Origin: Aurantimonadaceae bacterium
GTDB taxonomy: Bacteria > Pseudomonadota > Alphaproteobacteria > Rhizobiales > Rhizobiaceae
Length of the DNA stretch: 38,857 nt
Direction: 5' to 3'
Assembly: GCA_003232595.1 (NCBI GenBank)
Contig: QIIJ01000298.1
Span: 1 to 38,857, forward strand
The number at the start of each line of letters is the position of its first letter. Positions within the stretch are counted from its first letter, which is position 1. The notes beneath the pieces were generated by a model. That model had not been told where the DNA came from and did not search any database. It saw only the letters and a list, made by a program, of their open reading frames with translations. Of the stretch, positions 1 to 9,047 are shown piece by piece. Made by a program: the position numbers and the translations under genes.

Positions 1-2802
1 GCTTTTGACGCCCTGCACAATGATCTTGATGAACTTCGTCACTCATTGGGATCAACACCGCAAAGAGAAGAAATCGGAAACGGATTTACCGAAGTAAACA
101 TGCGGCTCGACAAGATTTCCGATGATATGCCGGAATATTCATCTCAAACACTTGCGGAAATCAGGAACAGCCTGGGCACAGTCGTCAATAATACATCGCC
201 CCAGAGATCAGAAATGGTAGCTGAGCGGCTTGATTCACTTGGTCAGGCAGTCGGTACTCTTTCGCAATCGATGGAGCTTTCAAATCTTGATCAACGCCTT
301 CAAACGCTAATTGAATCGGTAGAGCAATTATCAAGCAATCCAAATGTTACAAGCGCATCGCAGCCTGACCTCACATTGATCGAAAACCGGCTGGATGAAA
401 TCACAAGAGCAATTGTGGCGGTGTCGGTCAACGAACGCACTGCACTGAGTGCTGATTCAGATGCCATAGACAGGCTTGAACAGCAACTTGCAAATCTGGC
501 TCGCGGCGTGGAATTGCTTGCGCAAAGAGATGGCGAACAACATCTCGCAGACCTGGCTGCGCGTATTGACAACAATAATATTCAAAATAACCCAACCCAA
601 CAACAAGCTGCTGCAACCGATTCATCTCTGCTTGAAGGTCGCCTGCAGGAATTGGCCAACAGAATTGATTCTGCATTGAAACCAGGTACAAGCGATGATC
701 AGCTAAAAAGCCTGGAAGTGCAGATCGCAGGCATTGCCAAAAAACTTTCCGACGATGATGCGGACGCAAGCACCGATTTCTCGGAACTGGAAAGCCGGCT
801 TGGTCAAATTGAGCAAACGCTTTCTGAAAATCGCGATCAGACACTTGAGGCAATTTCCCAGGCAGCGCGCTCGGCTATTGACAAAATGGAAAATGATGGC
901 CTTTCCGGTGAGCTGATAGCTGCCCTTTCGCAGGACCTCAAAGCGCTCAGAAACGCTGCAAACCAAACGGAAAACAGCTCTGCTGAAACACTGCAAATAG
1001 TTCAAAATACACTTTCAGGTGTTGCCAACCGTCTCGAAGCGATTGAATCGCGCCTCAAACCGGAAATTTTGGCAAACAGCAATTCCGGGACACTCGCAAA
1101 GGCGGCATTTGTTGGCACCAAACCACAATCGTCAGTATTGGAAGCCGGTCTACTTGCGCCAAAAACCGCAATAGCCTCTGAATTGCTCAGGGACGCTCCC
1201 TCCATTGATCCATCGGCTGATCTGCCGCCCCTGCCCTTGAACCCTGCAAGCAGCATTAATCCGTCACAAAGTGAGCCGGATGAATTCAGAATAGCTTCGC
1301 CTGCAAAGCGTGCAGCCAGGAAAACAGACCAACCGGTTTCAAAATCTGATCCGTATCTTGATAAAACTGATTTTGTGGCAGTTGCCAGACGTGCAGCGCA
1401 ATTGGCTGCTGCCGATGTTCAGGCTGTTAAACTGGATGAAGCGCGAAACGCGGGGAATACAAAAAAACCATCAATGACTGCCGGTATCCCAAGGAGACCG
1501 ATAATCATTGCTGCGGCTGCAATCCTGATGGCCGTTTTCGCATTTACCGGCTCAAGAATGTATTTTTCCAACAGTGACAACAAAAGCGCAGCCGTGGTTG
1601 AAATACCATCTGAATCCGATACCGAAAAGAATATTGCTGAAGTGGCCGGCCCTGAAGAATTATCACCTGAAGCTCAAATTCCCGAGGTGCGAAAAGCTGT
1701 ACCAAGCATGACACCCGATGAAAATATCAAAGCAGCAGGGGAAATTGTGCCTGAGGTTTCGCCCCCGCAAGGATTTGATGCGGACGCAGAACCTATTCCG
1801 TCGAACAGCTTTATTGCCAATACCAATCCCGGCCAGGAAAACACCGGTATTTCCAGCCCTGGAAGCAGCAGCCAATCTGGCGAAACAATGGCCGTTGTTC
1901 CGGCAGAACAGGGAACAAATAACAAGATCACCGCTGAAGGCAACAACACCGCAAGAACAGATATACCCGGACCGGCATCATTGCGCGATGCTGCAGCCAA
2001 AGGCGATGTCAGAGCGGAATATGAAATTGGCTTGCGATATACAAATGGCGATGGTGTCAATCGCGATTTGAAGGAAGCTGCCAAATGGTATGAGCGGGCC
2101 GCAGCTCAGGAATTTGCTCCAGCCCAATACCGCCTTGGCAGCCTCTACGAAAAAGGACTTGGTGTTGAACGGGATTTACCAACCGCATCCAGCTGGTATC
2201 AACGTGCTGCAGATCAAGGCAACGCCCGAGCCATGCATAACCTTGCTGTAATCAGCGCAATGGGTGCGAGTGGTCAGCCAAATATGGAATTGGCTCTGAA
2301 CTGGTTCCAGCGTGCTGCAAATCTTGGTGTGAAGGACAGCCAGTTTAATCTCGGCATATTGTTTGGCCAGGGCATGGGCGTTAGCCAAAACCTCGGAGAT
2401 TCCTACAAGTGGTTTGCTATCGCTGCAAAAACCGGAGACACAGATGCCGCAAAAAAGCGTGACGAGGTGGCCAATGTCATGGATACCAAAGCGCTTGAAG
2501 CCGCGCGATTGATCGTACGTAACTGGAAACCACAAAAACTCATTGACAGCGCAAACAGGGTTGTCATTCCCGAACAATGGCGCAAGTCTTCGGCAAGCAG
2601 TGCAGCACTTGACGGTAAGTCTGCCATCTATCAGGTGCAGACTGCATTGAACAAGCTTGGCTTCAATGTAGGAACACCGGATGGTATTTCCGGTCCAAAA
2701 ACCCGCCGTGCTATAATCGGATTTCAAAAAAAGGCCGGGCTTCCGGTGTCGGGGAAAATTGATGCGCAACTGGTCAAGGCGCTCAAGGGCCTGAGTATCT
2801 GA
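1..2802 (+). CDS. podJ: PodJ-like polar organelle development / localisation factor (5' end lies outside the window)
   Basis: Frame 1 is open from nt 1. The ORF-track start at 46 is only the first TTG, so the gene is 5'-truncated. It has a long N-terminal coiled-coil-like region (recurring xRLxxIxxxL heptads) and a Pro/Ser-rich linker. One TM helix follows (PIIIAAAAILMAVFAFTG). Then come at least four Sel1/TPR-like repeats (AAKWYERAA, ASSWYQRAA, ALNWFQRAA, SYKWFAIAA). The C-terminus is a PG_binding_1-like module (IYQVQTALNKLGFNVGTPDGISGPKTRRAIIGFQKKAGLPVSG). This domain order matches PodJ of Caulobacter, Sinorhizobium and Agrobacterium as I recall it. Confidence 0.55.
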   Translation, partial: AFDALHNDLDELRHSLGSTPQREEIGNGFTEVNMRLDKISDDMPEYSSQTLAEIRNSLGTVVNNTSPQRSEMVAERLDSLGQAVGTLSQSMELSNLDQRLQTLIESVEQLSSNPNVTSASQPDLTLIENRLDEITRAIVAVSVNERTALSADSDAIDRLEQQLANLARGVELLAQRDGEQHLADLAARIDNNNIQNNPTQQQAAATDSSLLEGRLQELANRIDSALKPGTSDDQLKSLEVQIAGIAKKLSDDDADASTDFSELESRLGQIEQTLSENRDQTLEAISQAARSAIDKMENDGLSGELIAALSQDLKALRNAANQTENSSAETLQIVQNTLSGVANRLEAIESRLKPEILANSNSGTLAKAAFVGTKPQSSVLEAGLLAPKTAIASELLRDAPSIDPSADLPPLPLNPASSINPSQSEPDEFRIASPAKRAARKTDQPVSKSDPYLDKTDFVAVARRAAQLAAADVQAVKLDEARNAGNTKKPSMTAGIPRRPIIIAAAAILMAVFAFTGSRMYFSNSDNKSAAVVEIPSESDTEKNIAEVAGPEELSPEAQIPEVRKAVPSMTPDENIKAAGEIVPEVSPPQGFDADAEPIPSNSFIANTNPGQENTGISSPGSSSQSGETMAVVPAEQGTNNKITAEGNNTARTDIPGPASLRDAAAKGDVRAEYEIGLRYTNGDGVNRDLKEAAKWYERAAAQEFAPAQYRLGSLYEKGLGVERDLPTASSWYQRAADQGNARAMHNLAVISAMGASGQPNMELALNWFQRAANLGVKDSQFNLGILFGQGMGVSQNLGDSYKWFAIAAKTGDTDAAKKRDEVANVMDTKALEAARLIVRNWKPQKLIDSANRVVIPEQWRKSSASSAALDGKSAIYQVQTALNKLGFNVGTPDGISGPKTRRAIIGFQKKAGLPVSGKIDAQLVKALKGLSI

Positions 2803-2805
2803 TTG

Positions 2806-3282
2806 ATGCCGAACGGCACGAGATTACCTCATTCTGACAACACATCCCCGCCGCTTCTGGTTCTGATTTTGGGCGCGCTTGGTCTATTGCCCATTGTTTT
2901 ATTGACACTATTGCTGGTTTCTCTCGGCGATCAATCCAATTTTTGGGTGCCGCTGGTTGATGCGATTAAAACCTATTCAGCTATTGTCATCTCCTTCGTT
3001 GGCGGCATTCACTGGGCAACAATTCTGGGCGGGTTGAAAACCAGCACCGCTCACCGGGGGATCTCTATCTCAATGGTTGCTCCGTTTTTCGGGTGGCTTG
3101 CGATATTTCTAAACGAGCCTATGAGTTTTGCGCTTTTGATTGTTTGCTTGCTGGCCCAGGGCGCCTGGGAAAACCTTTCCGTTATCAACAATCACCTTCC
3201 GCCATGGCATTCCAAAGTCCGCCAGATTCTGACGATGTTTTCGGTTGTATCTTTGGCGGTAGCAATGTTTGCTACGGCATGA
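2806..3282 (+). CDS. small polytopic membrane protein, DUF3429-like
   Basis: 158 aa from ATG 2806 (TTG 2803 is also possible), abutting the podJ-like stop. It has about 4 predicted TM helices. The motif YSAIVISFVGGIHWA resembles the DUF3429 signature (xxILSFLGxxHWG), recalled from memory. Confidence 0.45.
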   Translation: MPNGTRLPHSDNTSPPLLVLILGALGLLPIVLLTLLLVSLGDQSNFWVPLVDAIKTYSAIVISFVGGIHWATILGGLKTSTAHRGISISMVAPFFGWLAIFLNEPMSFALLIVCLLAQGAWENLSVINNHLPPWHSKVRQILTMFSVVSLAVAMFATA

Positions 3283-3355
3283 GCCGGTTTTTCGGCTGCT
3301 GATTCGATATCCGCTGACCATTTCATCGTAAATTACACTATTCAGGCAGTGCCCA

Positions 3356-4705
3356 ATGGAGTCATCCAACAGTTCGGACGCAAAAGGTTCTGCCCGTCCT
3401 TTTGCGGTAACTTTTGCCTCGGTTTTCGCCATCGCCTGGCCGATGACAATCGCCTATATGACCACGCCGCTTCTGGGATTGGTCGATACGGCTGTTATCG
3501 GCCAATTGGGCAGTATTGCAGCCCTTGGCGGGCTGGCAATCGGGGCCATCCTGTTCGATGTTATTCTTGGCACTTTCAATTTTCTGCGCTCTTCCACCAC
3601 AGGCCTTAATGCCCAGGCATTGGGAAGTGATGATAAAGAAGAACAACGCGCCGTCTTTATCCGCGCTTTTGTGTTGGCCGTTGGCTGCGGGGTTGGCCTG
3701 CTTGTGGCGGGTCCACTGGTGCTTGAATTCGGCCTTTGGTGGATGGAGACAACACCAGCGGTTGCCGATGCCACGCGCGACTATTTCCTTGTGCGCATTT
3801 ATTCAACGCCCTTTGCCATGGCCAATTACGCCATACTTGGCTGGTTGTTGGGGCTTGGCCGCGCCGGACAGGGGCTTGCTATCCAAGTTGTATTGAATGG
3901 GATCAATATTGTCTTCTCAATATATCTTGGGCTGATGCTTGAACTTGGTATTGCCGGTGTCGCCTGGGCAACGGTGATTGGTGAAGGCGTTGCGCTGGTG
4001 CTTGGTATTTTTATTGTTGGTCGCCACATAGATTTGCGCAGTCTTCCGATAGTTTCTGCGCTCCGGAACCGCCACAAGATAATTGCATTGATGTCAGTCA
4101 ACGGCGATATCATGATCCGCTCTTTTTGCCTTATTCTGGCTTTTGCCTGGTTCACGGCGGAAGGAGCCAGACTGGGCGAGACGACACTGGCGACTAATGC
4201 GATATTGATGCATTTCTTTTTTTTGGCCGGTTATTTCCTCGACGGTTTTGCCACGGCCGCCGAACAACTTGTAGGCCGTGCCATCGGTGCCAATTATCGC
4301 CCGGCCTTTGACCGCTCTGTTCGTTATGCCACAATGAGCGGGTTTATTCTGGCCGGTTTTCTGACAACTGTGTTCCTTCTGTTTGGACCATTATTAATCG
4401 ATATTCTGACGGTTAACGAGATTATTCGCCAGCAGGCCCGGATTTACCTTCCATGGGCTGCCATCACTGCATTGACCGGTGTTGTTGCTTTCCAGATGGA
4501 CGGTGTTTTTATTGGTGCCACATGGTCTGCGGATATGCGCAACATGATGCTGTTTTCTCTTGGTGCCTATCTGCTGGTTATCTGGCTTGTGGTTCCGTCC
4601 TTTGACAATCATGGTCTATGGTTTGCATTACAGGTGTTTCTCGGCCTTCGCGGCGTTACGCTGTGGTGGAGAATGAAGGTGAATTTGCGCAGGCAATTCG
4701 GTTAA
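3356..4705 (+). CDS. MATE family efflux transporter (DinF-like subfamily)
   Basis: 449 aa with about 12 TM helices. The N-terminus FASVFAIAWPMTIAYMTTPLLGLVDTAVIGQLGS is typical of MATE/DinF proteins, and the two halves show internal similarity. Confidence 0.8.
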   Translation: MESSNSSDAKGSARPFAVTFASVFAIAWPMTIAYMTTPLLGLVDTAVIGQLGSIAALGGLAIGAILFDVILGTFNFLRSSTTGLNAQALGSDDKEEQRAVFIRAFVLAVGCGVGLLVAGPLVLEFGLWWMETTPAVADATRDYFLVRIYSTPFAMANYAILGWLLGLGRAGQGLAIQVVLNGINIVFSIYLGLMLELGIAGVAWATVIGEGVALVLGIFIVGRHIDLRSLPIVSALRNRHKIIALMSVNGDIMIRSFCLILAFAWFTAEGARLGETTLATNAILMHFFFLAGYFLDGFATAAEQLVGRAIGANYRPAFDRSVRYATMSGFILAGFLTTVFLLFGPLLIDILTVNEIIRQQARIYLPWAAITALTGVVAFQMDGVFIGATWSADMRNMMLFSLGAYLLVIWLVVPSFDNHGLWFALQVFLGLRGVTLWWRMKVNLRRQFG

Positions 4706-4797
4706 AACAGAAGTGGTTCGGTTTATCTGAACAGTTTCGCAAAAGTTTTTACCTGTACTTTTCTGAATTGTCAGAAACTCGAACTATCGGTCATACA

Positions 4798-5202
4798 ATG
4801 CAAATTAATTCGATAAACGGGCAAGGCGGCATCATTTCTGGAATATCCAGCGAAGTGAGCAAACCAAACTCCCAAAGTTCAACTGATACATTAAATGGGT
4901 TTCAGGCAGTGGTTCAATCACTTGACGTGGCAAGCAGTAATCCGGCGGCAATAAAAACTGCCGTCTTGGATAACCTTCGGGCTGATGGTGCCGGGATCAA
5001 CTCCAACCTGGACAAAACTGCGGTTTCCAAGGCCTTTGAAACCATGCTTGTTGCCCAGTTTCTTAGCCCTCTGTTTGCCGGGTCCGGTGCAAGCATGTTT
5101 GGTAGCGGTGTTCAGGGAGACATCACCAAATCGTTGTTAACTGATGCTATCGCTGAGGCTATCACAGAACGCGGTGGGATTGGCCTGGGTAAATTTATCT
5201 GA
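4798..5202 (+). CDS. flgJ: flagellar rod-assembly protein FlgJ, rod-binding domain only (no muramidase domain)
   Basis: 134 aa from ATG 4798; the ORF-track start at 4618 lies inside the MATE gene. The Rod_binding-type segment is KAFETMLVAQFLSPLFAG...MFGSGVQGDITKSLLTDAIAEAITERGGIGLGKFI. The stop overlaps the next start (TGATG). Confidence 0.75.
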   Translation: MQINSINGQGGIISGISSEVSKPNSQSSTDTLNGFQAVVQSLDVASSNPAAIKTAVLDNLRADGAGINSNLDKTAVSKAFETMLVAQFLSPLFAGSGASMFGSGVQGDITKSLLTDAIAEAITERGGIGLGKFI

Positions 5203-5651
5203 TGTCCGAGCTTGTCAATACGGGGGACAATTTGGCAACTGTTATCGATAGACAGAACCTGGAAACCCTAAAACCAGACAACAAAAACATCTCGGGTGGG
5301 GAGTTGCTACGGGAAACCATTGCAAATTTGCGTGTGGTCCTCGACAATGAAAGGGCTCATCTGGGTTCAAACCGCAAGGATTTGCTCGAGTCATTTGCCC
5401 GCGAAAAACTTCAGATCTTTGCAAATCTCGACCGGGTTTCGCGCGACCAAAACATGACAGACAATCTCCAATTCAGCCAACAGGAGATTGCGCAGCTAAA
5501 CAAGGCTTTAAAAGAAAACATAGCGGCTTTGAAATTCAGAATGGACGCAATCGGAGAAATCGCCACAACAATCAAGGACGCGGTCGTTGAAGCGGAAAGC
5601 GATGGAACATACAGAGCATGCAATATTGGCGACGGATTTGATCCATGGTAA
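5202..5651 (+). CDS. hypothetical flagellar-cluster protein, FlgN-like export chaperone candidate
   Basis: 149 aa, soluble and predicted helical/coiled-coil. The segment LRVVLDNERAHLGSNRKDLLESFAREKLQIFANLDRV resembles the FlgN pattern (LLxxExxaLxxxdxxxLxxlxxxKxxL). It is translationally coupled to flgJ upstream (TGATG) and to the next gene downstream (8-nt overlap). Confidence 0.4.
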   Translation: MSELVNTGDNLATVIDRQNLETLKPDNKNISGGELLRETIANLRVVLDNERAHLGSNRKDLLESFAREKLQIFANLDRVSRDQNMTDNLQFSQQEIAQLNKALKENIAALKFRMDAIGEIATTIKDAVVEAESDGTYRACNIGDGFDPW

Positions 5652-6112
5652 AAACTCTGCTGCTTGGAATCTGGGTTAGCGCCATCCTGTCCGGCTCGGT
5701 ATACTATTTCGCCCTAAACAATTTCGAAAAACCCGCAGGAAAATCAGAAGGCTATTTTGGCGGTCTCGACTATGTCAAACTCGAACCGATTACTGTTGCA
5801 ATAATAGATGAACGGCAAATCAAGGGATACATTATTTTTGAGGCCGTCTACACCATCAAACAAAGTGAGAAAGACAAACTGTCCGTGCCGATCGATTATC
5901 TGTTCCGCGATTTGGTCATAGGTTCCATACATGGAAATCCGGATATTGATATATACAGAATGGAGAAATTTGACCTTGAGGCCTTTCAGGATCTGATACT
6001 GCAGAATATCAACAAAAAGCTCAGAAAAAAAACAATCTATGATGTTCTTGTCCAAAGAATCGACTTCATCAGCAAAGATGATATCCGGGATCTACAGTTG
6101 CGGCGAAGTTGA
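5645..6112 (+). CDS. FliL-like single-pass membrane protein (second FliL paralogue candidate)
   Basis: 155 aa with an N-terminal TM helix (LLLGIWVSAILSGSVYYFAL). The following domain has FliL-like spacing (YVKLEPITVAIID...GYIIFEAVYTI ... IYDVLVQRIDFIS). It is the last gene of the flgJ unit. It is AT-rich: 22 of 60 GC in the line I hand-counted. Confidence 0.4.
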   Translation: MVKTLLLGIWVSAILSGSVYYFALNNFEKPAGKSEGYFGGLDYVKLEPITVAIIDERQIKGYIIFEAVYTIKQSEKDKLSVPIDYLFRDLVIGSIHGNPDIDIYRMEKFDLEAFQDLILQNINKKLRKKTIYDVLVQRIDFISKDDIRDLQLRRS

Positions 6113-6176
6113 CACTTGAAAATCAATTACAGCCGCCCGAAGCTCGGGGTCAGGGTTTCATATACTTGAACAAATG

Positions 6177-6200
6177 TATCAGCTTCAATGTAAGCTGATA
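6177..6200. terminator. hairpin between convergent fliL-like gene and fliR (candidate terminator)
   Basis: tatcagctt-caatgt-aagctgata forms a perfect 9-bp stem with a 6-nt loop. It ends 4 nt beyond the fliR stop (6205-6207). On the minus strand it is followed by catttgtt, which is only a modest T tract. Confidence 0.4.
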
Positions 6201-6204
6201 GACA

Positions 6205-6957
6205 CTAACGCGACTGCTGCATGAAATAATTCACCTCCCGGATGAACAATGACAAGATATCATCACCAATCCAGGTCAACAAAATCAATCCCCCGGTTAT
6301 CAAAAATGGCGTGGAAACAAAATATATCGGCACTTGTGGCGTCAGTTTGTTTACCAGTCCGGCGATCAAGTTGAGTATGACCGCATAAATAATCACCGGT
6401 GCGCCGAGACGGACAACGGTATTGAAATACGCATCAAGATTGATGCTGATGGTTTCCACGAAACTTGAAATCGACAGCAATTCGCCGGGTGGATATATCA
6501 AAAAGGAATTTGCCAGAGCCAGGATAAAACTCAAATGCAGCCCGGTTGAGAAAAACAAGACCACTGCTGTGACATTAAACAATCCCGATAACACGGTTGA
6601 AGACTGATCGTCTCCCAGTGGTATGCCGGGAATTGGGCTGAGGCCAATAAACTGGGTTATCACCTCGCCCAAAAAGGATAGAGCTAAAAACATGAAGCGA
6701 ATCGGGATAACCAGCACCAGTGCGATAAACAGCTCGTTCAGTGACAAAATTACAAGCTGTCCAACTCCGGGCAAGCTGTTGATGCCAAGTTTTCCCTGCA
6801 CCAGCATAAATATGGAAAAGCTGATACCTATTGCAGCGAAAAGCCGAATACGAACAGCCACCTGGGCTGCAGAAAAGCCCGGTAAGATCATAAAACATGC
6901 TGATACCCGCATGAAAACCAGAAAGTATTCGATCAGAATAGGGCTTTGGATGATCAT
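6205..6957 (-). CDS. fliR: flagellar type III export apparatus protein FliR
   Basis: 250 aa polytopic membrane protein. The N-terminus IEYFLVFMRVSACFMILPGF is typical of FliR/SctT. Its start overlaps the flhA stop by 4 nt. Confidence 0.92.
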   Translation of the reverse strand: MIIQSPILIEYFLVFMRVSACFMILPGFSAAQVAVRIRLFAAIGISFSIFMLVQGKLGINSLPGVGQLVILSLNELFIALVLVIPIRFMFLALSFLGEVITQFIGLSPIPGIPLGDDQSSTVLSGLFNVTAVVLFFSTGLHLSFILALANSFLIYPPGELLSISSFVETISINLDAYFNTVVRLGAPVIIYAVILNLIAGLVNKLTPQVPIYFVSTPFLITGGLILLTWIGDDILSLFIREVNYFMQQSR

Positions 6958-9047
6958 TCGGCAATTGATCCAAGTATCTGCACCTCCAATCCGCGCGCAA
7001 TTTCCAGGTTGGACAGAACGGGCAGCGTCGGAAAAATCCTTTCAATGATCATGCGAATATAAGTTCGGCTTTCGGGAGACGTGGTTATGGCGAACATGTC
7101 ACCGCGGTCAATAAATTCCTGGATTTTTTCCCGAGCCAGATTTCCAAATTCCTCCAGCTCGACCGGCGCCATTTGAAACTCCGATATTTCACCACGGGCA
7201 TCCCGCTTGATGGCATCGGTGAAGGCCTTGTCCCATCGGCTTCCAAGCCGCAGAAGCTTCAGTTGACCGTCCTGTACAATTTCCCCGCATATTTGCTGCG
7301 ACAGGCGTGAACGAACATGTTCGACTATCTGTTCGCTGCGTTTCGAAAAGGGTGCAAATTCAGCGATCGCTTCCAGCAGAAGATTTAAATTGCGGATGGA
7401 GACCCTCTCCGCCAGCAGCAGCTTGAATACCGCCTGCAATCCGGAGAAAGTGAGATGGGTCGGACATATTTCCTCAACTAAACGTGTATATTCCTTGTCC
7501 AGGCCATCAATCAGTATCCTCATGTCTTTGTATGAAAACAACTGCGACAGATTGTTTCTGATCACCTCACTCATGTGGGTCAATATCTGTGACATTGGGT
7601 CTATTGTTTGATAGCCTTGGTGCTTGAGTTCAGTGACATATATATCAGCAATCAGCCATGCTTTGGCTCCGAAGGCGGGCTCGGTGATTTGTTCATATGG
7701 CACCGGAGGCGGTTGATCGCTGTTGGCGATCACAATCACATTCGTCAATGACACGGTTTCCGATGCACAAGTGGTTCCAAAAATCTTTACCTGATACCCT
7801 CTCGGGTCAATGGAAAGATCGTCAGAAACCTTGATCTCAGGGATAACGAATCCATATTGCTTGGCGAATTTTTTTCGCATACGGCTTACGCGGTATTCCA
7901 TTTCACCTTTCTCAAGAAGCAGTTTAGCTCCCAGTTGTTTGCCAAAAACCAGCTCAATCTCCGGCACTGTCAAAGTGTTCTTGATAGAATCCTGATGTTT
8001 CTCGCTCTGCTTTTCCTTTTCCTTCAATTCTTGATTTTGTTTTATCTCGGCTAATTCAAAACGTTTTTTGGGAATTATGTACGAGGTGGCACCCAACAAA
8101 CTTGCCAGAAGGAAAAAGGGGAAAAAGGGGAGACCAGGCGTGAGTGCAAAAATGGCCAGCAGCCCAGACGATACCATCAGTGCCTTTGGATAGTTGGCCA
8201 ATTGGTCCAGCACCGCCTGATCGGCCGAGCCCTTGTTGCCACCCTTTGAAACAAGCAAGCCAGCGGCCAGGGAAACTACCAGGGCAGGAATTTGGGACAC
8301 CAGGCCATCACCAACCGACAGTTTGGTGAAAACATCGGCGGCTTCACCAAGTTCCATATCGTGACGCAATACACCAATGATAATACCGCCAAAAATATTG
8401 ATTGCCGTAATTATCAGACCGGCAATCGCATCACCGCGAACGAATTTTGATGCGCCATCCATCGACCCAAAAAAGGAGCTTTCCTGCTCAAGTTCTTTCC
8501 GCCGGATCTGGGCTTCTTTTTCATCAAGCAGGCCCGCTGACAGATCCGCATCGATTGCCATCTGTTTGCCAGGAATAGCGTCAAGTGTGAACCGTGCGCC
8601 AACTTCTGCTATGCGGCCGGCACCTTTGGTTATCACCATGAAATTCACGGTTACCAGAATAATAAAAACGATCACGCCGATAACAAAGTCCCCGCCCATA
8701 ACGAACTCTGCAAAACCTTTGATAATGCCGCCTGCCGCATATTCTCCCTGATTGCCGTTCGACAAAATCAACCTGGTTGTTGAGATGTTAAGCGATAACC
8801 TCAGCATGGTCGCAATCAGCAAAACGGTAGGAAATGAGGAAAAATCAAGCGGCTTTTGTATCCATAGTGCAACCATCAATATCAAAACAGAAAGAGCGAT
8901 TGAAAAAGCAAGGCCAAGATCGATCAATATTGGTGGTATTGGTAAAAACAAAACGGCAAGAATGAACAGAATGCAAATCGCAAACATAACATCGCGATTA
9001 CCGTTTCCATAATCCAGTGCCGTCAGTGGTGATGTCTGCTCTGCCAT
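6954..9047 (-). CDS. flhA: flagellar export gate protein FlhA
   Basis: FHIPEP family with an N-terminal 8-TM domain (GAGRIAEVGARFTLDAIPGKQMAIDADL, FVRGDAIAG) and a large cytoplasmic domain. I start it at ATG 9047 (MAEQTSPL..., 697 aa), not at the GTG-initiated extension to 9110. Confidence 0.95.
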   Translation of the reverse strand: MAEQTSPLTALDYGNGNRDVMFAICILFILAVLFLPIPPILIDLGLAFSIALSVLILMVALWIQKPLDFSSFPTVLLIATMLRLSLNISTTRLILSNGNQGEYAAGGIIKGFAEFVMGGDFVIGVIVFIILVTVNFMVITKGAGRIAEVGARFTLDAIPGKQMAIDADLSAGLLDEKEAQIRRKELEQESSFFGSMDGASKFVRGDAIAGLIITAINIFGGIIIGVLRHDMELGEAADVFTKLSVGDGLVSQIPALVVSLAAGLLVSKGGNKGSADQAVLDQLANYPKALMVSSGLLAIFALTPGLPFFPFFLLASLLGATSYIIPKKRFELAEIKQNQELKEKEKQSEKHQDSIKNTLTVPEIELVFGKQLGAKLLLEKGEMEYRVSRMRKKFAKQYGFVIPEIKVSDDLSIDPRGYQVKIFGTTCASETVSLTNVIVIANSDQPPPVPYEQITEPAFGAKAWLIADIYVTELKHQGYQTIDPMSQILTHMSEVIRNNLSQLFSYKDMRILIDGLDKEYTRLVEEICPTHLTFSGLQAVFKLLLAERVSIRNLNLLLEAIAEFAPFSKRSEQIVEHVRSRLSQQICGEIVQDGQLKLLRLGSRWDKAFTDAIKRDARGEISEFQMAPVELEEFGNLAREKIQEFIDRGDMFAITTSPESRTYIRMIIERIFPTLPVLSNLEIARGLEVQILGSIAE

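Noticed and set aside
4760-4777. Hairpin tttctga-attg-tcagaaa downstream of the MATE gene and upstream of flgJ, considered as a terminator or regulatory element.
   Set aside because: The 7-bp stem is AT-rich with no U tract, so the predicted stability is low. I cannot distinguish it from chance.
6136-6148. Small hairpin cccga-agc-tcggg after the FliL-like gene.
   Set aside because: It is only a 5-bp stem with a 3-nt loop and no T run. The 9-bp hairpin at 6177-6200 is the better terminator candidate.
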